In this document: positions 56,296 to 64,000 of the stretch, piece by piece | How the letters are laid out: each line of letters begins with the position of its first letter | Position numbering within the stretch: position 1 is the stretch's first letter | Assembly: GCA_035759745.1 (NCBI GenBank) | Contig: DASTUF010000077.1 | Span: 4,154-68,153 of the forward strand | From: Gemmatimonadales bacterium | GTDB lineage: Bacteria > Gemmatimonadota > Gemmatimonadetes > Gemmatimonadales > GWC2-71-9 | Direction of reading: 5' to 3' | DNA length: 64,000 nt | Notes under the pieces: model-generated | What the model saw: only the letters and a program-made list of their open reading frames with translations | Database searches by the model: none | What the model was told of the DNA's origin: nothing | Program-made: the position numbers and the translations under genes

Positions 56296-58791
56296 TCACC
56301 CGCACTCCGAGAACCCGCAGACGTGACACTTGGCGCAGCCTTCGGCGTACTCCAGCTGGGAGCCGCAATCAGGGCAGGCGCCCGACAGGGTGTGCTCCAT
56401 GCCGCCCAGCTGCATCTGCTCGGCGCCGCGCGTGACCATGACTGGCTCCGGCGACGGTGCCGCGCTCGTGGTCGCGGCCGCCGCGCCGGGGAGCAGCTCC
56501 TGCTGGATGCCCTGCTTCTCGTTCATCCACCGCTCGATGGCAATGCCCACCGCGTCCGGCACCGACATGACCTTGTTGGGGCCGAGGCCGATGACCCGGT
56601 CGGAGCTGATCCCCCGCAGCTGCCGGTGGATCTCCTTCATGGGGATCCCCGACCGGAGCGCCAGCGAGATCAGCCGGCCCACCGCCTCGACGTCCGCCAT
56701 CAGCGCGCCACCGGCCTTGCCAAGCGACATGAAGACCTCGAAGGGCTGGCCCTTCTCGTCCTCGGTGATGGTGACGTAGAGCGTGCCCAGCGGAGTCTCC
56801 ACCCGGCGGGTGGTGCCCCGCAGTAATTCCGGACGCGACCGCTTGAGTCGGCGGTTGAGGTTCTCGGCTTCGAGTTCGTGCACCAGCTTGCGAAGGCGCT
56901 CGACTTCGCTGTTGGCCTCGGCCAGTTCGCCCCGCACGTCAGCCGCGCCGAGCCGCCCGAGATCCTGTCGCGCCTCCGACGCCCCTGACGCCGTGGCCTG
57001 CTCCTGCACCTTCTTCGCGGTGGAGCCGGTGGACAGCACCTGCATGTCGCGGCTGCCGTCGCGGTAGACCGTGACGCCCTTGCAGCCCAGCGAGTAGGCC
57101 AGCCGGTAGATCTCCTCGACGTACTCCTCGGAAGCATCGTGGGCGAAGTTGCAGGTCTTGCTGATGGCCGAGTCGTTGTGCTCCTGGAACGCCGCCTGGG
57201 TGCGGATGTGCCACTCGGGCTTGATGTGGTTGGCGGTGACAAACACCCGCTGCCACTTCTCCGGCACTGCGTCGAAGCTGATGTGTCCCGCCTCGGCGAT
57301 CTGCTCCATCAGCTCGTCGGAGTACCAGCCCTCATGCTTCGCAATGGCGATGAAGTCCTCGTTGACGTCGGGCATGAGCACGCCGGCCTGGTTGCGCATG
57401 AAGGCTACGGCAAACAGCGGCTCGATACCGGAGCTGCACCCCGCGATGATGGAGATGGTGCCGGTCGGCGCCACAGTGGTGACGTTGCAGTTGCGCAGCT
57501 TCCGCATGGGACGGACGCGCTCGCCGTCGGGGCCGCGCGCCGCGGTGGCGTCCGGACCCCAGATGCTCCGCTCCCACTCGGGGAACGGCCCGCGGATGCC
57601 GGCCAGCCGCTCCGACTCGACCTTGGCCTCGTCGTCCACGAAGGCCTGGATCTTCCGGCCCAGCTCCACCGCCTCATCCGAATCGTAGGCGACGCCCAGC
57701 CGGATGTAGAGATCGGCCAGCCCCATCACCCCGAGTCCGATGCGCCGGATCCGCTGCGCCAGGTCGGTGATCTCGGGCAGCGGATACTGGTTGGCGTCGA
57801 TGACGTTCTCGAGGAAGTGGGTCGAGAGGTGCACCACCCGCCGAAGGCCGTCCCAGTCGATGGCGCCATCCTTGACGAACGCACCCAGGTTGATGGACCC
57901 GAGGTTGCAGACGTCGTACGACAGCAGCGGCTGCTCGCCGCAGGGATTGGTGGCCTCGTAGGAGCCCAGCGCCGGCACCGGGTTGTAGTAATTGGCGCGG
58001 TCGATGAAGAAGACTCCCGGCTCGCCGGTCTTCCAGGCGCCGTGGATGATCTTCTCCCAGACCGCGCGGGCCCGCAGCTGGCCGGTGACCTTGCCGGTGG
58101 ACGGGTGGATCAGGTCGTAGTCACTCTCCGCCTCAACCGCGGCCATGAACGCATCGGTAACAGCCACCGAGATGTTGAAGTTCGTCACCTTGGTGATGTC
58201 GTCCTTGCAGGTGATGAACTCCATGATGTCGGGATGATCGACCCGGAGGATGCCCATGTTGGCGCCCCGGCGGGTGCCACCCTGCTTGACGACATCGGTC
58301 GAGGCGTCAAACAGCGACATGAACGACACCGGACCCGACGCCACGCCCATGGTGGAGCGGACGATGTCGTTCTTGGGCCGGAGCCGGGAGAAGCCGAAGC
58401 CGGTGCCGCCGCCCGACTGGTGCACCAGCGCCATGGCGCGCAAGGTGTCGTAGATCCCGCTCTTGCCGTTGGAGAGGGCGTCGTCCACCGGGAGCACGAA
58501 GCAGGCGGACAGCTGGCCCAGCGGACGGCCGGCATTCATGAGGGTGGGCGAGTTCGGCATGAACAGCCGGCCCGCCATCATTGCATAGAAGGCGTCGGCC
58601 AGGGCCTCGACCGCTCCGGCCGAGGCGCCGTAGGTGGCGTCCGGTGCCGCGATGGTGTTGGCGACGCGCGAAAAGAGGGCTTCCGGCTGCTCGGCCGGCT
58701 TACCCTGCTCGTCCTTGACCAGATAGCGCTTCTCGAGAACGGTGATGGCATTGGGCGACAGCGAGAGCGGCTCTCTGGGCGTGGACTTCAT
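56296..58791 (-). CDS. nrdJ: Adenosylcobalamin-dependent ribonucleotide reductase (class II)
   Basis: 831 aa. ..TVLEKRYL.., SPTLMNAG, LSACFVL, NPCGEQPL, TGTISIIAGCSSGIEP, C-terminal zinc ribbon CPDCGSQLEYAEGCAKCHVCG. Confidence 0.92.
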   Translation of the reverse strand: MKSTPREPLSLSPNAITVLEKRYLVKDEQGKPAEQPEALFSRVANTIAAPDATYGASAGAVEALADAFYAMMAGRLFMPNSPTLMNAGRPLGQLSACFVLPVDDALSNGKSGIYDTLRAMALVHQSGGGTGFGFSRLRPKNDIVRSTMGVASGPVSFMSLFDASTDVVKQGGTRRGANMGILRVDHPDIMEFITCKDDITKVTNFNISVAVTDAFMAAVEAESDYDLIHPSTGKVTGQLRARAVWEKIIHGAWKTGEPGVFFIDRANYYNPVPALGSYEATNPCGEQPLLSYDVCNLGSINLGAFVKDGAIDWDGLRRVVHLSTHFLENVIDANQYPLPEITDLAQRIRRIGLGVMGLADLYIRLGVAYDSDEAVELGRKIQAFVDDEAKVESERLAGIRGPFPEWERSIWGPDATAARGPDGERVRPMRKLRNCNVTTVAPTGTISIIAGCSSGIEPLFAVAFMRNQAGVLMPDVNEDFIAIAKHEGWYSDELMEQIAEAGHISFDAVPEKWQRVFVTANHIKPEWHIRTQAAFQEHNDSAISKTCNFAHDASEEYVEEIYRLAYSLGCKGVTVYRDGSRDMQVLSTGSTAKKVQEQATASGASEARQDLGRLGAADVRGELAEANSEVERLRKLVHELEAENLNRRLKRSRPELLRGTTRRVETPLGTLYVTITEDEKGQPFEVFMSLGKAGGALMADVEAVGRLISLALRSGIPMKEIHRQLRGISSDRVIGLGPNKVMSVPDAVGIAIERWMNEKQGIQQELLPGAAAATTSAAPSPEPVMVTRGAEQMQLGGMEHTLSGACPDCGSQLEYAEGCAKCHVCGFSECG

Positions 58792-58980
58792 GCGGGATCT
58801 CCTGAGACGGCTCGACGATGAGACGAAAACGGTGCACCTGCCGGCGCACCGGGACGGATCAATTCTTGAACTCGGCTGCGTTGGGTGCCCTGATCACTAA
58901 ACGCCGAACCGGCCAGTCCGGGTTCCATCCGCCGTGGGGAACAGCGAACGGAGGGTCAAGCTAGGATGAAGTCAGAATCG

Positions 58981-59029
58981 GTGCAAGCCGCGCCGAAGTG
59001 GCGCAGTGGCGCGGCTTTTCGGTTTGCAC
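58981..59029 (+). other. Two-tier stem-loop with 3' U-rich tail on the + strand, inside the nrdJ leader region
   Basis: gtgcaa-gccgcgcc-gaagtggcgcagt-ggcgcggc-ttttcggt-ttgcac. The inner 8-bp GC stem is followed by TTTTCGGTTT on the + strand only. Both flanking genes are on the - strand. Confidence 0.35.
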
Positions 59030-59044
59030 ATCACAAAACTGCTT

Positions 59045-59184
59045 GGGGTTAGGGACTAGGGGTCAGGGATCAGGGATCAGGGGTCAGGGGTCAGGGGTCA
59101 AGGGTCAGAGTTGGAAGTTTCCAGATCCCGACCCGATCCCCGAACTGCTGATCCCTGATCCCTAGCCCCTAGCCCCTAGCCCCT
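59045..59184. repeat. Heptamer repeat hairpin, GGGGTCA/GGGATCA/GGGGCTA family (~9 units per arm)
   Basis: ggggtta gggacta ggggtca gggatca gggatca (ggggtca)x3 agggtca ..tggaagtttcca.. then inverted ..tgatccc tgatccc (tagcccc)x3. It ends at the nt before the kinase stop codon (59185). Confidence 0.9.
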
Positions 59185-61158
59185 CTACCGCGAAGCGGGA
59201 AACTGCATCTGGGTCCACACCGGCACCGCAGCGCCATCCTTCTGGGCCGGCTCCCAGGTCATCTCCCGAGCCACCGCGCGCGCCGCTGAATCGAACTGGA
59301 CGCTGCCTGACGATCGCAGCGGGAGCACATCACCGGTCTGGCCGGCATCGGTGACCCGGAGCCAGAATGCGGCGCTGACCACATTGGCCGGCACGCCGTC
59401 GGGCACTGTCACCAGTGGTGACGACAGCGGCCGGGGGCGGGTATCAAAGCATTCGCGTGCTTCATATGAAGCACCAGGCAGGCAGGAATCGGCCACTTCG
59501 TCGTCGCCGGCCTCCTCCTCGGGCTCAGCTGGCGGTTGTAGCGCTTGCTGCCCGCCCGACGGTGCCTGGCCCAGCCGGGTGAGCGCCGGCGTCAGCAGCA
59601 AGGTGTCGCCCCGCTGCACCGTCACGGTGTCGGTGAAGAAATTGTGCTGCGGCGCCGAAATCGCGATCACGCGACGTCCCACCGGAACCCGGGTCACGGC
59701 CGTCGTGGCTGGACGCTCGTCGATCAGCACCCGCGAACCCACCGGGAGGTTGCGCAACCGGATCGCCCCTGAATCGGGCGGGGCCGCCGCCGCTCCGGCG
59801 GGCGCAGTTGCCTGAGGCTGGCTGGGCGCGGCGGGCCTGGTTGCCGGCGTTGAATCCCCCGCCCCGCCAGTGACATTTTCTTCACCCGCGGCTGTTGCGA
59901 GTTGCCCCGAATCCACCGCAGCCGCTCCCTCGATCGCCCCCGGCTGGCCCCGAGTCTTGGCATAAAAGCCGGCCGCAGCCAGGACCACGATCAGCCCCAG
60001 CACCCACGGCCACACGGCGGGCGCCTTCTGCGCCATCACCGCCGAGCGATTGGCAACCCGGCGATGGGGCTGCGGTGACGGCGACTGCGCCGGCTCCCTC
60101 CGCGGAGCGCCGCCAGCAGCGGCCGGCTCGATACTGGCTCCCGAGGTCCGCGCCGCCGGACGGTCCGATTTCTCGGGAGTGGCCCGCACGGTCGCGGTGG
60201 AGCTGCCGCTGCTCCGCTTCCCTGGCGCCGCGGCCGTCAGCGTGGCCACGAGGTCGTGACCGTTCTGGTAGCGCTCTGCCGGGTCCTTCGACATCAAGCG
60301 TGCGATGGCGCGATACAGGGTCCGCTCCTCGTCCGACTGGAGCGTGACTACCGGCATCGGCTCGGTGAGGTGCTTGTAGCCGATGGCGAAGGCGTCTTCG
60401 CCGTCGTACGGGACCTGCCCGGTGAGGCACTGGAACGCGACCACGCCCAGGCTGTAGAGGTCGCTTCGGCCGTCGGTGGACTGGGCTCGGGCCTGCTCCG
60501 GCGACATGTAGTGCGGTGTCCCGATCGAGAGGCCGGTTCCGGTCAGTTTGCTGCCACCGATGGCCTTGGCGATCCCGAAGTCGGCCACGAGGCTCTGGCC
60601 GAACTCGTCGAACATGATGTTGTCGGGCTTGATGTCGCGATGCACGACGCCCCGATCGGAGGCGTACGCCAGCGCGCCGCCAGCCTCGATCAGCAGCTTC
60701 CGCAGCTCGCCGGGATTCAGCCTGCCCCGGGCCCGCAGCCGGCCGGCGAGGGTGCCACCGCGGAGGTACTTCATCACCAGGAAGCTGACCCGGCCGTTCC
60801 TGCCTACCCGGTAGATCGGGATGATGTTGGGGTGCTCGAGCTGGGCCGAGGTGCGGGCTTCCCGCTGGAACCGCTCCACGAACTCCGAGTCGAACGCGAG
60901 CGACATCGGGAGCACCTTGATGGCTACCTCCCGGTCGAGTTCCAGCTCCCTCGCCCGGTACACCAAGGCCATCCCGCCGCGACCCAGCTCTTCGAGAATC
61001 TCGTACTCGGACTCAAGGGCAGCGCGAACCACGTCCACGTCCGTGACCTCTCCGGACGCGACGGCCTTGGCTGGCGTGGTCCCCAGCTGATCGGCGCCGC
61101 AGGCGGAGCAATAACGGGAGGAATCGGGCAGTTCGCTTCCACAACGGACACACAGCAT
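59185..61158 (-). CDS. Ser/Thr protein kinase: N-terminal zinc ribbon, Hanks kinase domain, TM, PEGA domain, TonB-C-like domain
   Basis: MLCVRCGSELPDSSRYCSACG. GRGGMALVY..AIKV, HRDIKPDNIM, DFGIAK, GTPHYMSPEQ. TM WPWVLGLIVVLAAAGFY. LRNLPVGSRVLIDERP..VPVGRRVIAISAP (PEGA). RSSGSVQFDSAARAVAREMTWEPAQKDGAAVPVW (TonB_C-like). Confidence 0.88.
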   Translation of the reverse strand: MLCVRCGSELPDSSRYCSACGADQLGTTPAKAVASGEVTDVDVVRAALESEYEILEELGRGGMALVYRARELELDREVAIKVLPMSLAFDSEFVERFQREARTSAQLEHPNIIPIYRVGRNGRVSFLVMKYLRGGTLAGRLRARGRLNPGELRKLLIEAGGALAYASDRGVVHRDIKPDNIMFDEFGQSLVADFGIAKAIGGSKLTGTGLSIGTPHYMSPEQARAQSTDGRSDLYSLGVVAFQCLTGQVPYDGEDAFAIGYKHLTEPMPVVTLQSDEERTLYRAIARLMSKDPAERYQNGHDLVATLTAAAPGKRSSGSSTATVRATPEKSDRPAARTSGASIEPAAAGGAPRREPAQSPSPQPHRRVANRSAVMAQKAPAVWPWVLGLIVVLAAAGFYAKTRGQPGAIEGAAAVDSGQLATAAGEENVTGGAGDSTPATRPAAPSQPQATAPAGAAAAPPDSGAIRLRNLPVGSRVLIDERPATTAVTRVPVGRRVIAISAPQHNFFTDTVTVQRGDTLLLTPALTRLGQAPSGGQQALQPPAEPEEEAGDDEVADSCLPGASYEARECFDTRPRPLSSPLVTVPDGVPANVVSAAFWLRVTDAGQTGDVLPLRSSGSVQFDSAARAVAREMTWEPAQKDGAAVPVWTQMQFPASR

Positions 61159-61375
61159 GGCGACGAACCTAGGGGACTGCTTGAGAGGGCGTCAAGCGGA
61201 ACGCGGCAGTGCATGGCACGGCGCCCCGCGCACGAAGCCGCATCGCGAAATGCGAGACGCCCATAACTCCATGCGCTGCTTGCGCCTCACGCATGGCGCC
61301 GGGCTCCGGCCCGGCCTGGACGCCCATTGGCACACCAAGTGCAAATCGGGGTGGCAACCTCTTTCGGAGTCGTGT

Positions 61376-61822
61376 GTGGTTCCCTCGCACGCCCTGCAGT
61401 TTGGCCAACAGAAACTGCGAACCGCGCTGAAGCATGCCTCCCACTGCGAGGCGCAACTCGGCTACGGCTTCGTCCTGCATGCGCGCCGCCGGGGCCGTCA
61501 CGCGGTGCTCGGCGTGATCACGCCGTCGGGCGAGAGCCTCGCGTTGACGCCCCGGCTGCTCAGCGGCCTGGCCCGGAGGCCACTCTGGCTGTTCGGGACC
61601 GCGCGAGTTGCGCTGGAAAGCGGCGAGACCATCCGCCTGCCCCGCGATGGTGACCTGGGAGACACTCCGCTGACCACGGTCCTGATGCACGTCGAAGGAC
61701 TGCACCAGTACGCCCCCGGCGCCCAGCGAGTGGTGGAAGTGGAGGCGACGGTGATCGCCAATGCCCTGATTCAGCCGCTGGTAGTGCTGACCACTGACCG
61801 TCCCGGGTCGTGGCCGCTCTAA
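61376..61822 (+). CDS. Hypothetical protein (start uncertain)
   Basis: Strong GC3 bias from ~61380 to the stop at 61822 (..LGYGFVLHARRRGRHAVLGVITPSGESLALTPRLL..VVEVEATVIANALIQPLVVLTTD). Candidate starts are ATG 61250, ATG 61271 and GTG 61376. No domain recognised. Confidence 0.45.
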   Translation: MVPSHALQFGQQKLRTALKHASHCEAQLGYGFVLHARRRGRHAVLGVITPSGESLALTPRLLSGLARRPLWLFGTARVALESGETIRLPRDGDLGDTPLTTVLMHVEGLHQYAPGAQRVVEVEATVIANALIQPLVVLTTDRPGSWPL

Positions 61823-61896
61823 GGCGTAGGGCGTGAGGCATTGGGCTTAGGGAACAACCCCCTGTGCCCTACGCCCTACGCCCTACGCCCTACGCC
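61823..61896. repeat. Heptamer repeat hairpin, GGCGTAG family (same unit as 6137-6204)
   Basis: ggcgtag ggcgtga ggcattg ggcttag gga ..acaac.. ccctgtg (ccctacg)x4 cc. It fills the whole spacer between two convergent stop codons (61822 and 61897). Confidence 0.88.
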
Positions 61897-64000
61897 TCAT
61901 CTGCCGACTACCTCAAACGGTGTAGATCGTACTGCCTCATTCCCGTCCGCATCGGTGATCTTCACTTCCATCCGGTAGGATCCGGGGCCCAGCCGTTCGG
62001 TTGAGACGGCGCGCTCCGTGCCCGCTTCGATCCCGACCTGCTCCTCGAATTCGAGCTTGACCGCGGTACCCCCACCGCCGAACAACCGCCGGAGGAACCC
62101 GCCGGAAGTCTTGCCCTTCCGCACCGCGACTTCGGTGGTGTATGGCGCACCGGGGGGGAGACCACCGGTCTCGTAGTACACCCGAATCACCTCGCCCCGG
62201 TGGAATCGCCGCAGCGGACTGAAGTACACCGTGTCGCCCGACGCGGGGCGTACCCAGGCGAGGCTCCCCTCCTCCGTGCCCAGAGCGATGTCGCTCAGCG
62301 TCGGCCCTGCACCCTGCAGCGGCGCGACGTCGACGGTGTCGGTCGGAGTGACAAACCCGACGTCGGCCGCCTGTTCCACCGACAGCTTGTACGTGAGCTT
62401 GCCGGGCACCGTAGGAACGTCTATGCGGCCGAGAAGATGTTCTCGCGGGGGCACCGGTGCCGAGGCGACGTATCCGCGCGTGGTGTCCAGGGTCGCAACC
62501 ACATTGCCCAGCGAATCCATTGCGACGAAGCGAACCCGAACGGAGTACAGCAGCCCGCGGGGCACCCGGGCCGGCCGGAGGTCCTCTCCCTCGATGGCAT
62601 AAGTGATCTGGACCAGCGGCTTCCCGTCGCGCCGGCCCACCGCCAGGACATCGGTGCGCACGCCCAGCTCGCGCGCGAACGTGAGGGTGTAGCTGTCGGT
62701 GGTAGTACCCAGCTCGATGCTGCGACGCCCAAGCCGGCGCTCCTCGGCCCGGAACCGCTCGGCACTGACCTCACCGGACGTCATGAGGCGGGAATACATG
62801 GGTGAAAGTCGCTCGCGCGACGTCATGAGCGCGGCGGCCGTACTGTTGAACGACAAGTCATCGCCAGCACCGAGCATCACCGCACGATCGAACCCGAGCA
62901 GGTCGAACAGACTTTCGACCAGCTTGTAATCCTGGACGTCTTCCTGCGCGATGAAATGGAAGACGAGATCGCCGTCCGGGCGGCTGTAGCGCCAGGACTC
63001 GTTGGGATCGAGGTCCGGTGCGCTGTGGGAGGCGCGGGCGGTGGGTTCACCGTGACGAATGTAGATCGCGCCCCGGTCGTCGAAGTCCTTGCTGCCCGAT
63101 CGGTAGCGCTCGATGATGCCGTAATGCCGCTTGGTCGAGACCAGCGCGAAGTTCTGCCGCGCGTAGAAGAAGCGCCGGAAATGCTCGGCCAGCCGGGTGC
63201 CGTCGGGCCGGAGGTCCCGGCGATCACGTTTGGACCAGAAGTTCATCAGGAAGACCGCACGTGCCTCCCCCGCCGTGGCATCGAAGTCCTCCACCACACT
63301 GTCGGGTGCGAGGAGCGCGATGTCCTTCCGGTAGGCCGACACCACCTCAGGGTCATCCGAGGTTGCTCCCTGGTAGTACGCGACCTGGCCTGCCACGTCC
63401 CCGGTCATCAGGCGGGTGCGTGCCAGCTCATAGAGCCCCATGGAACGATCAGGCGCCTGGGCCGCGTACTTCCGGAACGCGACGAGCGCGCTGTCCGGAT
63501 CGCCCGCTTCCCGCTCGACCCGGCCCCGAACCAGCAGTACACTCGGGTCGGCGCCGGCCGGCGTGGGCGCGGCGCGGCGCAGCGCGTCCAGGGCGACATC
63601 CAGCTTGATGTTGACCTTCTGTTGCAGCGCCGTATTGCCCAGCTCCACCAGCCCACGGACAAACCCGGGATCTACCTGGGCTGACCTGGCGAACGCCACT
63701 GCCGACCGGGTCAGGGCGTCCTTGCCCACCATCGCCTGCAAGCCGGCCACGGGGGAGACCTTGGAATCGCCCACGCCGTATTCGGCCAGTCCCATGCCGT
63801 ACCAGGGATAGGGCCAGTCTGGCTGGAGATCGATGGCCCACTGGAACTCGGATGCTGCGTCGTCAAAGTGGGACTTGCCGCCCAGTTCACCGAGCTTTAG
63901 TGCCAGGAATCCGAGCCGAAGATGGAGCAGCGCATTGCCCCGATCGGTCCGCGCCTGCTCGATCATGGCCCGCTCCATCCGGACGAGCACGAGCGAGTCA
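61897..64000 (-). CDS. TPR-containing secreted protein with GWxTD-like domain (N-terminus beyond the right window edge)
   Basis: The frame is open to the window edge. TPR-like N-terminal part. ..YRSGSKDFDDRGAIYIRHGEPTARA..ESWRY.. resembles the GWxTD core (G.xTDRG..yi.yG.P). Beta-rich C-terminus. Confidence 0.55.
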   Translation of the reverse strand, partial: DSLVLVRMERAMIEQARTDRGNALLHLRLGFLALKLGELGGKSHFDDAASEFQWAIDLQPDWPYPWYGMGLAEYGVGDSKVSPVAGLQAMVGKDALTRSAVAFARSAQVDPGFVRGLVELGNTALQQKVNIKLDVALDALRRAAPTPAGADPSVLLVRGRVEREAGDPDSALVAFRKYAAQAPDRSMGLYELARTRLMTGDVAGQVAYYQGATSDDPEVVSAYRKDIALLAPDSVVEDFDATAGEARAVFLMNFWSKRDRRDLRPDGTRLAEHFRRFFYARQNFALVSTKRHYGIIERYRSGSKDFDDRGAIYIRHGEPTARASHSAPDLDPNESWRYSRPDGDLVFHFIAQEDVQDYKLVESLFDLLGFDRAVMLGAGDDLSFNSTAAALMTSRERLSPMYSRLMTSGEVSAERFRAEERRLGRRSIELGTTTDSYTLTFARELGVRTDVLAVGRRDGKPLVQITYAIEGEDLRPARVPRGLLYSVRVRFVAMDSLGNVVATLDTTRGYVASAPVPPREHLLGRIDVPTVPGKLTYKLSVEQAADVGFVTPTDTVDVAPLQGAGPTLSDIALGTEEGSLAWVRPASGDTVYFSPLRRFHRGEVIRVYYETGGLPPGAPYTTEVAVRKGKTSGGFLRRLFGGGGTAVKLEFEEQVGIEAGTERAVSTERLGPGSYRMEVKITDADGNEAVRSTPFEVVGR

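Noticed and set aside
58792-59044. Cobalamin riboswitch or NrdR box in the nrdJ leader.
   Set aside because: Only a short CGCCACTG string and a CACATCACAA half-site-like string are present. No B12-box (AGCCAGGAGACCTGCC-like) and no 16-bp NrdR palindrome can be found by eye. An Infernal scan is needed before making any claim.

Overview
High-GC bacterial chromosomal segment; real genes have third codon positions that are almost all G/C, and long antisense shadow ORFs are common. About 60 mostly housekeeping genes are tightly packed, many joined by 1-4 nt stop/start overlaps. From the gene set (GWxTD-like protein, MglAB, bacillithiol deacetylase, expanded MacB-type permeases) I infer a Gemmatimonadota-like soil bacterium, but I cannot verify this.

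Main blocks, left to right:
- A RelE/ParE-type toxin plus XRE antitoxin pair sits behind comM, next to a displaced copy of the comM 3' end.
- An HExxH membrane protein is followed by an FtsH paralog.
- A ~1330-aa NtrY-like sensor kinase has no adjacent response regulator.
- A TolC-MFP-ABC ATPase efflux operon carries four tandem FtsX/MacB-type permeases.
- bshB1, then cysteine desulfurase, then mnmA.
- cinA, grpE, dnaJ.
- dnaX-ybaB-recR runs directly into a small membrane protein, then mglB and mglA.
- Glycolysis genes: pyk, pgi and a class II aldolase.
- An envelope-glycan cluster resembles the Arn/Lgm/NaxD aminosugar lipid-modification logic: NodB deacetylase-GT2 fusion, FAD oxidoreductase, second NodB deacetylase, nucleotide-sugar dehydrogenase, ArnT-like GT-C.
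- ispG followed by thiol-redox genes.
- nrdJ.
- A zinc-ribbon/PEGA/TonB-C Ser/Thr kinase.

No rRNA, tRNA, CRISPR array or intact mobile element was found.

The feature least explained by the gene content is a set of at least ten intergenic arrays of 7-nt tandem repeats. They fall into several sequence families, mostly form long inverted arms placed exactly at gene ends, and several fit the G-quadruplex consensus. Other points worth a second look:
- Two genes whose conserved N-termini can only be reached from a CTG inside a CTGA stop/start overlap.
- A ~29-aa insertion in MglA.
- The comM-end duplication that brackets the toxin-antitoxin pair.
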